From: an uncultured archaeon | Lineage (GTDB): Archaea > Aenigmatarchaeota > Aenigmatarchaeia > QMZP01 > JACQNV01 | Length of the DNA: 64,000 nt | Direction: 5' to 3' | Assembly (NCBI GenBank): GCA_964410585.1 | Contig: CAYPFW010000001.1 | Coordinates: 160,001-224,000, forward strand | In this document: positions 9,029 through 18,296 of the stretch, one piece after another | Position numbering within the stretch: position 1 is the first letter of the stretch | Layout of the letters: each line of letters starts with the position of its first letter | Translations under genes and position numbers: made by a program | Notes under the pieces: model-generated | Seen by the model: the letters and a program-made list of their open reading frames with translations, nothing else | Told to the model about the DNA's origin: nothing | Database searches by the model: none

Positions 9029-9493
9029 CTATTTCCTAATTTTAACAACTTGTCCATTATTTGCTTTTTGCAGTTCTTTTGTGTTAATTTTTATCAAAGC
9101 ATTTGGTGTGCCGCCGCCTGCGTATACTGTTTCTTTTTCCATAACTTTTGGATCGATTAGAAACGTGGCCTCGTATCCAAAAGGTGGTGTACCCCCAATA
9201 ATATAGCCTGTTTTTTCCAATGCTTCTTCTGGAGTTGCAACTCTTGGCCTTTCTATATTCAAAGCCTTCGAAACCCTTTCTGTGCTTGCTCTGTCTGAAC
9301 CAAGGACAATTGCACCAAGCATTTTGTTGTTTGCAGTTATCATGCAAATTGTTTTGACAAAATCATCTGGTTGGGCATCTGCTTGTTGACAGGCTTCTTC
9401 GACTGTATGAACAGAGTTTTCAAAGTGTAGATGATCTGCTTTAATGTGGTTTTCAGAAATCCAGTTTTTCAGTTTTTCTTCATATTGGTTCAT
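9029..9493 (-). CDS. YbaK/EbsC aminoacyl-tRNA deacylase family
   Basis: TVEEA, VKT, TGYIIGGTPPFG, VYAGGG. Confidence 0.9.
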   Translation of the reverse strand: MNQYEEKLKNWISENHIKADHLHFENSVHTVEEACQQADAQPDDFVKTICMITANNKMLGAIVLGSDRASTERVSKALNIERPRVATPEEALEKTGYIIGGTPPFGYEATFLIDPKVMEKETVYAGGGTPNALIKINTKELQKANNGQVVKIRK

Positions 9494-9494
9494 A

Positions 9495-10466
9495 TTATAC
9501 AGACTGTAAGAATCTACTCAAAACTTCTAAAGTTTGTTTGTTTGCAACTTCAACTGGATTATGAAGGTATCTGAGAGGGTATCCTATAGCAATTGCTTCT
9601 AATCCTATTTTTGACAAATTAGTTGCATCTGTTATTTCATCTGGGAAATGTGTTTCTATTATGTTGAACCTGATGTTGCTTTTTTCCAAAACACTTTTCA
9701 CTTTTTCTATAAGATTGTTAGGAGCAATATTTCCCTTTCCGCCACCCTCAATTGGTATTATACCCATTTTCCCTTCATCTATCATTGTTTTTTCCTTATA
9801 ATACGGGTCTTGGTTTGATGGGCACGAGTCAACAACAATTATGTTTTCATATTCAAAGTGTTCTCTGACCACTTTCATCAAAGTTCTCAATCTTTGTGTT
9901 CCTTCCTCCTCGCCAGATGTCAAAACAAATGCTATATCTCTTTTCATGGCTGTAGATATCAGCGAAGCTGCACCAATATGGTTGTCCATTGTTTTTGAAA
10001 ACAAATAATCGGTAAAAATTGGCTCGTTTGCAAATTGAATTGGCCAAAGAGGCGGAAGGCTAATATTTTCTGTGAATTCAACAACTAAAATATCTGATGT
10101 CTGACCAGAATGTGGAAGCAGGTTTCCAATAAACCCGGCATATTTTTTCCCTTTAAAAAATGTTTGAACTTTTATTCCATGAGCTGCTTGTACATTCACT
10201 AAACCAGATGTCTGTAATTCATATGAATTTTCTCCAATTTGTCTTTTGACCAAAAAACCTATTTCATCTACATGAGCAAAAAGAAGGTTTTCTACTTTTT
10301 TTATTTTTGGAAAAACAAGAAGATTATTTTCTATGTTCAAAACAGTATAGTTTGGTAGCCAAGACTTTACTTTCTTTTCAAGCTCTGGAAAAAATATTTC
10401 TTCCCTTGATGAAATTAATGGAATCTCATTAAGTTCACTTAAAATTTCCAAAGTCTTTTCTGTCAT
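9495..10466 (-). CDS. M42/M20-type metallopeptidase
   Basis: AHVDEIG, SKTMDNHIG, GEEEG, TDA, PLRYLHNPVE. Confidence 0.85.
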   Translation of the reverse strand: MTEKTLEILSELNEIPLISSREEIFFPELEKKVKSWLPNYTVLNIENNLLVFPKIKKVENLLFAHVDEIGFLVKRQIGENSYELQTSGLVNVQAAHGIKVQTFFKGKKYAGFIGNLLPHSGQTSDILVVEFTENISLPPLWPIQFANEPIFTDYLFSKTMDNHIGAASLISTAMKRDIAFVLTSGEEEGTQRLRTLMKVVREHFEYENIIVVDSCPSNQDPYYKEKTMIDEGKMGIIPIEGGGKGNIAPNNLIEKVKSVLEKSNIRFNIIETHFPDEITDATNLSKIGLEAIAIGYPLRYLHNPVEVANKQTLEVLSRFLQSV

Positions 10467-10467
10467 A

Positions 10468-11793
10468 TTAATCTGTTGGAATCACAACTCCTGGTATTTC
10501 CATATCGCTTATTTTTTCCATTATTTGCCTTCCTAGCTCTCTTGGGTTTTTTCTTCTACCCTCAACATCGGGGTTTATCAATCTGTCTGTTGGATATGAT
10601 AATATCTTTACTTGGCTTTGGTTAAACATTCTTTTTAGTTGATCTACAACCGCCATGTGCATCGAATCCCACTCTGGTTTTTCTGGATCTGCTCTCTCAG
10701 CTACAAGATATACACTTTCTACTGTTGGATCTACAATCAATTTTGGAGCTTCTCCGTTTGCTGGTTGATATTCTATTAATTGACTATCAACCATTTGTCT
10801 AGCTAGTGTGAAAGGATAAGATGTGACATATGGAGTTCCAGAAGTTAGGATTTTTAAGAACTGTTCAAATCCTATTTGCTGTTCTTCTCCTCTTAGTCCT
10901 AATCTATCCCTTGGTTTCATTTTCACTGATCCATCTCTTACACGGACATCAAAATAGCTTGTTAGATGACCGTTTATTGGAACTTGTAGTGATATTTGTC
11001 CCCTTACTTTATCCAATTTGTTTTCATCTATTCCTATCGCAGTTAAAAATCTATCCATTCTAGTTTCAAATCCATTCGGTTCCCTGCCCTTTTTCTCTGA
11101 TGATAAACTAACACCGCTTATGAATCTACTTCTCTGATCAGCAAAATGTCCATATAGCAAGTCAACAACAGCATTTATATAATCCCTATCCATTGCCCTA
11201 TCTGAACCGAGTATTCTGTTTGTTTTGTTGCAGTTTGGATATGTAGCAAATGTTGTTTGGTTTACTAACCTTTCTGCTGCTTCCCTTTCAAATTCCAAAA
11301 ATCTTTCAAGAAAATCTGCATTGACAATAAATTTTTGCCACCATCTCACTTCAAAGTTAGAATATGGCCTTCCAATTGATTCTCTAGCTAATGCTGTTTC
11401 TTCATCTGATAAATCAAACCCCGATCCATCCCTAACTTCAGATACTATTCTATAGGTCGCTGAATTTGTTTCATTTGGATCTAAGAAATCATGTACACCA
11501 TACACTATTCCGTGTCTCTCTCTCATGTCCTGGACTATTGCTCTTCTATCGCCTTTTCTATCTGCTAAAAATTTACCAGTGGGCGAATATTCTTCAGGAG
11601 AAAGGCCACTATCCACTATAAATCTTAAATGTGGGTCTACTCCTCTTTCACTTAAATCACGAGCCAATTTGTAGGCTTGAATACAGTTGTATAGGCCTGG
11701 TTGATAGTCTCCACATCCTTCTGGTCTAAAGAATGCTCCTCTTGCTTCTACCAGAATTAAGGCTTTTCTATTCATAGAATCCTCCAAAATCAA
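10468..11793 (-). CDS. Hypothetical protein (441 aa)
   Basis: Long ORF directly upstream of the peptidase on the same strand; no motif recognised. Confidence 0.75.
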   Translation of the reverse strand: MILEDSMNRKALILVEARGAFFRPEGCGDYQPGLYNCIQAYKLARDLSERGVDPHLRFIVDSGLSPEEYSPTGKFLADRKGDRRAIVQDMRERHGIVYGVHDFLDPNETNSATYRIVSEVRDGSGFDLSDEETALARESIGRPYSNFEVRWWQKFIVNADFLERFLEFEREAAERLVNQTTFATYPNCNKTNRILGSDRAMDRDYINAVVDLLYGHFADQRSRFISGVSLSSEKKGREPNGFETRMDRFLTAIGIDENKLDKVRGQISLQVPINGHLTSYFDVRVRDGSVKMKPRDRLGLRGEEQQIGFEQFLKILTSGTPYVTSYPFTLARQMVDSQLIEYQPANGEAPKLIVDPTVESVYLVAERADPEKPEWDSMHMAVVDQLKRMFNQSQVKILSYPTDRLINPDVEGRRKNPRELGRQIMEKISDMEIPGVVIPTD

Positions 11794-11997
11794 AATCTTC
11801 TTTCACCCAGAAGTATGTATGTAGAATCATATCAAACTCCTCAAACCAGTTAATGAGGCAATTTAATAAAAGTAGATTTTTGACAAACAAAATATAGGTT
11901 TGCCTACGAGAATTAACAACTTGTTTACTTTTGTTTCGAAATTTGTAGGCATTGACATATTCTATATTATAAGAAGATAAAATATATAAACTTATCG

Positions 11998-13023
11998 TTA
12001 TTTGCACTCAAAACCACCAATTCTAATCAGCTTTCCAGAATCAGCATCTATCTCTGCATATATTCCTAAGCAAAATTTGTCTTCCACTTTATCCTTGTGG
12101 TTTTCATCATAAACATACCAAACACTTTTTGGTTTAAAGTCTATTAATTTTTCACTTACACTTGCTTGGGGATTTTTGGATTTGGGGAATTTTTTCTTGA
12201 ATATTTTAACCGCCTGCTCAGCAGATATTTTTATTGATTTTGTTCTACGAAAAAATAAGTTAGTGGAATGATAAGAAATTATAGAGTGTTTTTTTCTGTT
12301 TAAAACAACTCGGATATGGTTTTGATAAATTGATACCTCTCCCTTTTTCGGTTTTTCTGTTAAATCAAATTCTATATTGTGCATTCCTTCCTCAAAAATT
12401 GATCTTATTTCAAATGTTCTTTTAGAAAAATCTGGGTATTGTCTATTCAGGAAGTTTTTGACAATTTCAACTGACTTTTTCTCATCTAAAAGTTCTGAGT
12501 TCTCAGCTCTAACATCAAACCAGGCATCACAGACAAAACCATCAAATGAGACACTGAATCTCCCGAAGTCATTTTTGAAAAGGAAAGTTTTTTGATATAT
12601 TCTATGCGGTTCTATAGAAATTGGAAGAGGGATATCACTTGGGGATTTTAATTTGTTCTCTTTAGCCTCTTTGCGGAGAAACTGTAATAAAGAGATTTTT
12701 GTTATTTCCATTTTTTTTATGATTTCTTTTGAAATTTTTTTAGGTTTTTCTTTTGGATACTTTATGTCAGAAAAATAAACTCGTCCTGTTTGAACATTTA
12801 TTTTGGCATGAATGATATTATGATGTTCTTGTTTTTCTGTGTTATCAACAAATTCTATCCACGTTAAATGATAATCAAAAAGATTCCACACATCCTTTCC
12901 GTCTGGCTTGTATCTTGTACCCTCAGATATGTTTTCTAGAATAAAAAAACCACTCTTAAAAACAGGATATTTCTTAGATAAATAGGCTTCTGCTGATTTT
13001 ATTGCCTCTTGTTTTGTTAACAT
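11998..13023 (-). CDS. Hypothetical protein with PepSY/YcdB-like repeats
   Basis: LTKQEAIKSAEAYL, ISAEQAVKIF, IDADSGKLI. Confidence 0.6.
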   Translation of the reverse strand: MLTKQEAIKSAEAYLSKKYPVFKSGFFILENISEGTRYKPDGKDVWNLFDYHLTWIEFVDNTEKQEHHNIIHAKINVQTGRVYFSDIKYPKEKPKKISKEIIKKMEITKISLLQFLRKEAKENKLKSPSDIPLPISIEPHRIYQKTFLFKNDFGRFSVSFDGFVCDAWFDVRAENSELLDEKKSVEIVKNFLNRQYPDFSKRTFEIRSIFEEGMHNIEFDLTEKPKKGEVSIYQNHIRVVLNRKKHSIISYHSTNLFFRRTKSIKISAEQAVKIFKKKFPKSKNPQASVSEKLIDFKPKSVWYVYDENHKDKVEDKFCLGIYAEIDADSGKLIRIGGFECK

Positions 13024-13060
13024 TGAATAGATTTTTATTTTCCATTAATAAATAGTTAGC

Positions 13061-13372
13061 ATGGAAAATCTGTTTGTATACGGAACATTGATGAGCCCCG
13101 AAGTTCAGAACCTTGTTATAGGGAGAGTAGCAGAGTCTAAGAAAGATTCATTGGTCGGGTACCGGCTAGAAAACATAGAAATAGATGGAAACAAATATCC
13201 ACTTCTTGTTCCAGATAAAAAACAAAAGAAACCTATAGGTGGCCTAGTTATTTCCGTAAACTCTGATGAATTGAAAAAGTTGGATGAATATGAAACAGAA
13301 GCTTACAAAAGAAAAGAAGTTGTTTTAAAAAGCGGAGAAAGGGCATTTGTTTATTTGGCTAATCCTTTGTGA
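13061..13372 (+). CDS. Gamma-glutamylcyclotransferase (AIG2-like) family
   Basis: LFVYGTLM, LDEYE..YKR. Confidence 0.9.
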   Translation: MENLFVYGTLMSPEVQNLVIGRVAESKKDSLVGYRLENIEIDGNKYPLLVPDKKQKKPIGGLVISVNSDELKKLDEYETEAYKRKEVVLKSGERAFVYLANPL

Positions 13373-13381
13373 GTTGTAAAT

Positions 13382-13429
13382 TAGTTTTCTTTTTGGGTAC
13401 GGTATACTTTTTCTAAAGAAAAAGATAGC
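13382..13429 (+). repeat. Family-A element abutting the EF-1beta stop codon
   Basis: TAGTTTTCTTTTTGGGTACGGTATAC...TCTAAAGAAAAAGATAGC, then CTA (stop on the minus strand). Confidence 0.85.
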
Positions 13430-13681
13430 CTATAAGCTTCTAGTCATCCCAGCAAGCTCAACAGATTCGACAAATTTTATAGAATTGAGCTTGTTTTCTA
13501 ATTCGTCCAAAGCGCCGTCTTTTTCAGGAACAATGAATGTCGCCTTCAAAAGATTCAAACCAAAAGCAAGAGGTTCCTCCTCTATCTTTGCAGGCTGAAG
13601 TTTCAAAAGCTCAGCTTTCACGCTTATCAAATCTTCTGCAGAGCTTGGAATTAATTTGTAAACACAAATAACATCACCCAT
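13430..13681 (-). CDS. ef1b: Translation elongation factor 1-beta
   Basis: MGDV...KLIPSS, EEEPLAFGL, DELE..L..I..VESVE. Confidence 0.92.
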   Translation of the reverse strand: MGDVICVYKLIPSSAEDLISVKAELLKLQPAKIEEEPLAFGLNLLKATFIVPEKDGALDELENKLNSIKFVESVELAGMTRSL

Positions 13682-13734
13682 ATACAAACCTCACTAAAGT
13701 ATCTAATAATAGACAGCACTATTTAAAAGCTTAT

Positions 13735-14361
13735 TTAGCTCTCAACTCCAAGCAATTTCCTGAACAACAAGCTTGTAGGTATGCTCAGCAAGAAGTATAA
13801 CCAGAACCAATTCAAATAATCACCTATAACAGGAAGATAAAAAGGCATTTTCGCAACTAAAAGCGAGAAGTGAAGGTTAGAATCTTTTTTATCAACTTTC
13901 CAATATGAATTTGCAAAATTTATTTCCTCTCCGTAGTTTTGGGTATCTGAATCTGTCAATCCATTTTTGTCCAAATCAATTTGGTAAGTTTGGTTTTCGA
14001 CTTTCAAATCAAATTCGTTTCCTCTAAAAACAGCTTTTTGCTCCTTTGTCAAATCAACATCAAAACCATCATATGTTTGATGAATATAACCAAGCACAAC
14101 AATGACAAAAATCATTGTAACTATAAGCGATTTCATCGAAAGTTGGAATTGTTTTTTGCTTGTTCCCATCATCAAATCTGTGTATCTTTTTGCTTCTTCC
14201 TTGTTTCCATCTTTTTGGAATGTACTAACTTTACTCTTGTAAAATTCCATTTCTGTTTTGACTTCCTTCATCTTTTTTGGATTTGTTAAAAGCCTTGTGA
14301 TGATAGCTAAGACTAAAGAAATCAGAATTGTGAAACCTGTTAACTCGAGTAGCATTGACAT
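13735..14361 (-). CDS. DUF106/EMC3-TMCO1 (Oxa1 superfamily) membrane protein
   Basis: TM-coiled coil-TM, C-terminal WFWLYFLLS...FRKLLG; conserved position after secY-adk. Confidence 0.88.
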   Translation of the reverse strand: MSMLLELTGFTILISLVLAIITRLLTNPKKMKEVKTEMEFYKSKVSTFQKDGNKEEAKRYTDLMMGTSKKQFQLSMKSLIVTMIFVIVVLGYIHQTYDGFDVDLTKEQKAVFRGNEFDLKVENQTYQIDLDKNGLTDSDTQNYGEEINFANSYWKVDKKDSNLHFSLLVAKMPFYLPVIGDYLNWFWLYFLLSIPTSLLFRKLLGVES

Positions 14362-14362
14362 A

Positions 14363-14893
14363 TCAACTCATTAAGACATCTAGTTCTCTTATAGTTTGTG
14401 CTATATCAGATGACACTTTAATCATTTTTATAGGTGATCCAATAAGTGAGGCTGATCTAACTGCATAGATCTTGTTTATTGTTTGTTCCTCTCTTATTAA
14501 TTTTACTAAATCCTCTTTTTGTGTAAGCGCTTCTGGCGAAGCCTCAACTGTAATTATGATGTTTGGACTGAAAACTTTAAAAAATTTTTCAGTGATCACT
14601 GGAATATGTCCATATTTCTTGCTTCTAACAGTGAAAAAGCCATCTATTACAACAAAACTGTCAGGATCTTTTAGAACTGTGTTCAGTTTCCTTTCCAATT
14701 CACTGTATATGCTGTCTGGCAAATTTTTTATTTGGTCATATGTTATTTGTTCAAAATCAACCTCTAGGCTTTCTAATTCAGAAAAATTGATGAGAGTTAG
14801 ATTGTTTTTTTCTCGTCCAAATCTTTTGATCGCAATTTTAATGATTGACGATTTATCTATTTCCCGAATACCTGCGATAAAAATTAATTTCAT
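14363..14893 (-). CDS. Archaeal adenylate-kinase-like protein with degenerate P-loop
   Basis: Position after secY and fold hints (VVIDG, G.IP, PNIIITVEASP); Walker A reads AGIREIDKSS. Confidence 0.7.
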   Translation of the reverse strand: MKLIFIAGIREIDKSSIIKIAIKRFGREKNNLTLINFSELESLEVDFEQITYDQIKNLPDSIYSELERKLNTVLKDPDSFVVIDGFFTVRSKKYGHIPVITEKFFKVFSPNIIITVEASPEALTQKEDLVKLIREEQTINKIYAVRSASLIGSPIKMIKVSSDIAQTIRELDVLMS

Positions 14894-15041
14894 ATAACCT
14901 TTTATCCTAAATCTGCATCTCCAATTATATTGGTGCAGAGATGTCTCGTGTCCTACGCACTCTGCGAGACACGAAGGTTAATCAAAACAGGAGGCTAAAA
15001 TTTACTTCGCTGTTGCTCGCAAATTTTTAAACGCCTTCCGC
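14894..15041 (-). repeat. Family-B element with nested hairpins, ending at the adk-like ATG
   Basis: Minus strand GGAAGGCGTTT...GCCTCCTGTTTTGATTAACCTT[insert]TTTAGGATAAAAGGTTAT-ATG. Confidence 0.85.
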
Positions 15042-15060
15042 TTTAATTACCTTTTTATGA

Positions 15061-15276
15061 TTATAGCACATCTGCAATAACCCTGCTTCTAAGTATAATA
15101 TTGTCTCCAACCACAATAGTGTGTCTTCCTTTTCCTATGTCCCTTTGAACAGAATATTTTCCGGTTCTTGGATTATATCTGAGTTGACCAACATAAGTTT
15201 GTCCAGAAGCAGTTGATACATCAACTCTTTCCCCAACATAACCGGATAATTGAGATAGTCTTATTTTTCCATCCAT
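15061..15276 (-). CDS. Small protein, possibly Sm/LSm-like fold
   Basis: VGERVDVSTASGQTYVGQL resembles Sm1; VVGDNII resembles Sm2 (RGDNI). Confidence 0.55.
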   Translation of the reverse strand: MDGKIRLSQLSGYVGERVDVSTASGQTYVGQLRYNPRTGKYSVQRDIGKGRHTIVVGDNIILRSRVIADVL

Positions 15277-15290
15277 ATTTTCTCAAAATT

Positions 15291-16868
15291 CTAAAGTTTC
15301 CCGAGCATCTTCTTCAAAGCAGGATGCATGTCGTCCATGTGTTGTTCTGTTATTTGTTCGTATAATTGGTAGATTATCATTGTTGCAAGTAGGATACCTG
15401 TTCCAGTACCTATAGCGCTTGTGAAATCAGCAAATGCAGCTAGCATACCTATGCCTGCACCACCTAAAATTGTCAAGGCAGGTATGTAGTTGTTGAGTTT
15501 TGCTTCTATAATTCTAACATCTCTTCTTGCTCCTGGAATGTACATTCCAACACTCTCAATTTGTTCCGCAACTGATTTGGAATCCATTCCAGATGTTTGC
15601 ACCCAGAATATTGAGAAGATCACAGAACCAACAACCATAAAGGCCATATATGTGAAAAACCTTGCCAAGTCTGTTAGACTAAACAGTGTTAGTCCAGAGA
15701 GTGAAGGATTTTGTAGTATCAGCATACCTATTAAGAAACCAACAACACCAAATAAAGCACCAAATTTAGTTGAATTTTTCTTCAAAAGAGAAGCAACCAA
15801 AAGACCCACCATCACAAAAACACCAATTGAAATGAGAATAATTGAAAGTGTTTGACCAGCTGCACCAGATGGTGGGAATAAGAAAAGCAATAAACCACCA
15901 GTAACTTGTCCTGTTGCTTGATCAAATGTCCCAAGCCAGGACAAACCTTTATCTGCTACCATCCTTCCAACAAGCTGAACATTGGCCAAAAGAGCAGCTA
16001 TCAAAATAACTGGCATGTTTGATGTGTAGAAAAATTTGAGAGGCCATCTTCTTCCGAAACCGCTCATAGAACCATATGCAAGAGGGACTTCGACTTTAAT
16101 TGATTGTGAATAGATAGCTATGAAAATTACAAGAAGTGTTGCGATTACAGGAAGCAATGCTAAGAATCCCTGAATAACCTGGCCACCTGCTATCGATAAG
16201 ACAGATTGTAGGAAATAACCTGTAGGCGCAGTTGCGCCTGCTTCAAAAAGCGTACCGTCTGCTGTTATGGGGCTTATTATTCCTTGTACAATTGATTTGG
16301 CAACTCCAGCTGCGATAAACAAGCTTACGCCAGAACCAAATCCCCATTTTGCAACAACTTCATCCATGAAAAGGATAACCCAACCACCAACAGCTAGTTG
16401 CAGGATAACAATTAAATGCGCTCCTGGTGTCGCTGGAACAGCACCGAACATCACAAATACTGTTCCTTCTATTAAAGCAAAAAGGATGGCTAGGATTTTC
16501 TGTGTTCCTGTAAACAAGGTCTTTCCTTCCTGTGTTTGCATGTTCCAAGGGATAATTTTAGAACCAACCAAAAGCTGGAGAATGATAGACGCAGTCACTA
16601 TAGGACCGATACCTAAGGTGACGAATGAACCAAAAGCAGAACCAAGGACAATTTCTAGGAATTGTAGTCTGACAACAGCATCTTTTTGGACACCATAAAC
16701 GATGATCTGTGTCATCACAAAATAGATAAGAAGGATGATACCAGACCACATTAATTTTTGTTTAAAAGAAAGCCTTTGGATCGGTCCTGTTACAGCAGGG
16801 AGCTTGTGAATTAATTTGATATATTTATCTTGCAAAGAACTGCTCTGGGTTGGCTGCTGAAAATCCAT
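15291..16868 (-). CDS. secY: Preprotein translocase SecY
   Basis: TLGIGPIVTASIILQLL, KWGFGSGVSLFIAAG, PLKFFYTSNMPVIL, GTGTGILL. Confidence 0.97.
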   Translation of the reverse strand: MDFQQPTQSSSLQDKYIKLIHKLPAVTGPIQRLSFKQKLMWSGIILLIYFVMTQIIVYGVQKDAVVRLQFLEIVLGSAFGSFVTLGIGPIVTASIILQLLVGSKIIPWNMQTQEGKTLFTGTQKILAILFALIEGTVFVMFGAVPATPGAHLIVILQLAVGGWVILFMDEVVAKWGFGSGVSLFIAAGVAKSIVQGIISPITADGTLFEAGATAPTGYFLQSVLSIAGGQVIQGFLALLPVIATLLVIFIAIYSQSIKVEVPLAYGSMSGFGRRWPLKFFYTSNMPVILIAALLANVQLVGRMVADKGLSWLGTFDQATGQVTGGLLLFLFPPSGAAGQTLSIILISIGVFVMVGLLVASLLKKNSTKFGALFGVVGFLIGMLILQNPSLSGLTLFSLTDLARFFTYMAFMVVGSVIFSIFWVQTSGMDSKSVAEQIESVGMYIPGARRDVRIIEAKLNNYIPALTILGGAGIGMLAAFADFTSAIGTGTGILLATMIIYQLYEQITEQHMDDMHPALKKMLGKL

Positions 16869-16968
16869 ATTTTATGCCTCAATATAGTTTCTCTAAATCA
16901 AGAATTTTATACGATAATAAGCATTAGGTTTTTAAATAGATTGTTTTGAGAAAAAGCTATTAAATCAA

Positions 16969-17385
16969 TTATTCTTCCTCACCTTCAACTGCTTTTCCGC
17001 CTGCTTCTTCTATTTTCTCTTTTGCAGACTCTGTGAAAGATGCAGCCTTTACAGTCAAAGCAACTTTGATTTCGCCAGCACCTAGAACCTTGTCATAGCC
17101 AAGCTCGAAAAGATCTAACTCTTTTTTCCCAGCAGCTAGCCTTTCCAAGTGTTTAACATTGACAGTACTTTCCCTGACTTTGACATTTCTTCTTTTCAAA
17201 GAACTGAAGCCTCTTTTGCCTAAATGATCAGGCTCCCATCTTATTAAATAGGACTTTTTGTGCCTGAATATACCAGCGTATCCTTTACCTCCGTGGACAC
17301 CTTTTCCTCTGTGCTTCTTTTGGCTACCTGTTGCTTCTGTTCTCCATCCTCTATTTCCCCTGTGTTTACGCTTATCTGTTGGCAT
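16969..17385 (-). CDS. rpl15: 50S ribosomal protein L15
   Basis: KKHRGKG..GGKGYAG, GKRGF, YDKVLGAG, AKEKIEEAGG; start at MPTDKRK (17385). Confidence 0.95.
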   Translation of the reverse strand: MPTDKRKHRGNRGWRTEATGSQKKHRGKGVHGGKGYAGIFRHKKSYLIRWEPDHLGKRGFSSLKRRNVKVRESTVNVKHLERLAAGKKELDLFELGYDKVLGAGEIKVALTVKAASFTESAKEKIEEAGGKAVEGEEE

Positions 17386-17389
17386 AATT

Positions 17390-17842
17390 TTATCTTCTCC
17401 CCAGATTTCTATAAATCCTAAACCAAGCATTTGGAAAATCAAATTGTAAAATGACGTGTGATTCTAATCTGCCCAAAATTTCAGTTCCAACTACAGTTTT
17501 ATCCCTATAATCATCTGATCCAACAATAGTTATTCTTTCAATTGTTCTTTCTGGATATAAGCCTTCTCTAGCGGGAAATACCAAATTTGTTGTACCGTAT
17601 GCTTCTCTTGCTCTAGATCCTGTATGTTGTAATAGATTTCTTTTGTGTAAACTCAAAAAGTCATTTACAGGAACCAATAAACCAAAACTTAGAGATGTAT
17701 CAAAAACACCTTGACGAGCAGTATCATCTCCCACTACTCTAAAATCTAAATATGGTCTGTGACCTTCTATGTAGCCCTCTACAAACAAATCCGTCTTTGC
17801 TTCTTCAAATTGTTTTCCAGTTAATGGAATAGCTGCTGGCAT
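17390..17842 (-). CDS. Clan AA (retropepsin-like) aspartic protease-like protein
   Basis: PYLDFRV...FDTSLSFGLLVP and VVGTEIL resemble the DTG...hhG pattern; paralog of the next gene. Confidence 0.55.
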   Translation of the reverse strand: MPAAIPLTGKQFEEAKTDLFVEGYIEGHRPYLDFRVVGDDTARQGVFDTSLSFGLLVPVNDFLSLHKRNLLQHTGSRAREAYGTTNLVFPAREGLYPERTIERITIVGSDDYRDKTVVGTEILGRLESHVILQFDFPNAWFRIYRNLGRR

Positions 17843-17846
17843 AATT

Positions 17847-18296
17847 TTATTCCTCAACCATTTTCATTATCTTAACTTTTCCAGGTTCTGATCTGTCTAA
17901 GTGCGCTCCGGAACCAATTCCTGCAAGGAAGCTTGTTCCAAGTGCATAGACGCCTTTTTCTCCTCTGTGCTCTTCTACACCCATTACGTAGAGGTCAAAG
18001 CGTCTTTCTGGTGTACCGTCGCCGTTTTGGGGTATTACGATTCTAACAGATCCATATCTCGGACCACCATTTACTTGAGGCGGTGATCCTCTTATTAAAT
18101 TCCTCGAATCTAAATCATTAAACACATCTAGTGGCAAAAGGATTCCTGGTGATAATTGTGGATCCAAAAAAGCTGATCTGCTTTCAGGATCGCCTTCGAC
18201 ATTGAAATCGAGATAAGCCCTCCCATCTCTTTCATGTGCCACAAGGAAGACTTCAGGTCTTCCTTGGCTTACAGGATAATCAAACCTTGGTCTCAT
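17847..18296 (-). CDS. Paralog of 17390-17842, aspartic-protease-like with degenerate motif
   Basis: AYLDFNVEGD...FLDPQLSPGILLP...ALGTSFL aligns by eye with its neighbour. Confidence 0.55.
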   Translation of the reverse strand: MRPRFDYPVSQGRPEVFLVAHERDGRAYLDFNVEGDPESRSAFLDPQLSPGILLPLDVFNDLDSRNLIRGSPPQVNGGPRYGSVRIVIPQNGDGTPERRFDLYVMGVEEHRGEKGVYALGTSFLAGIGSGAHLDRSEPGKVKIMKMVEE

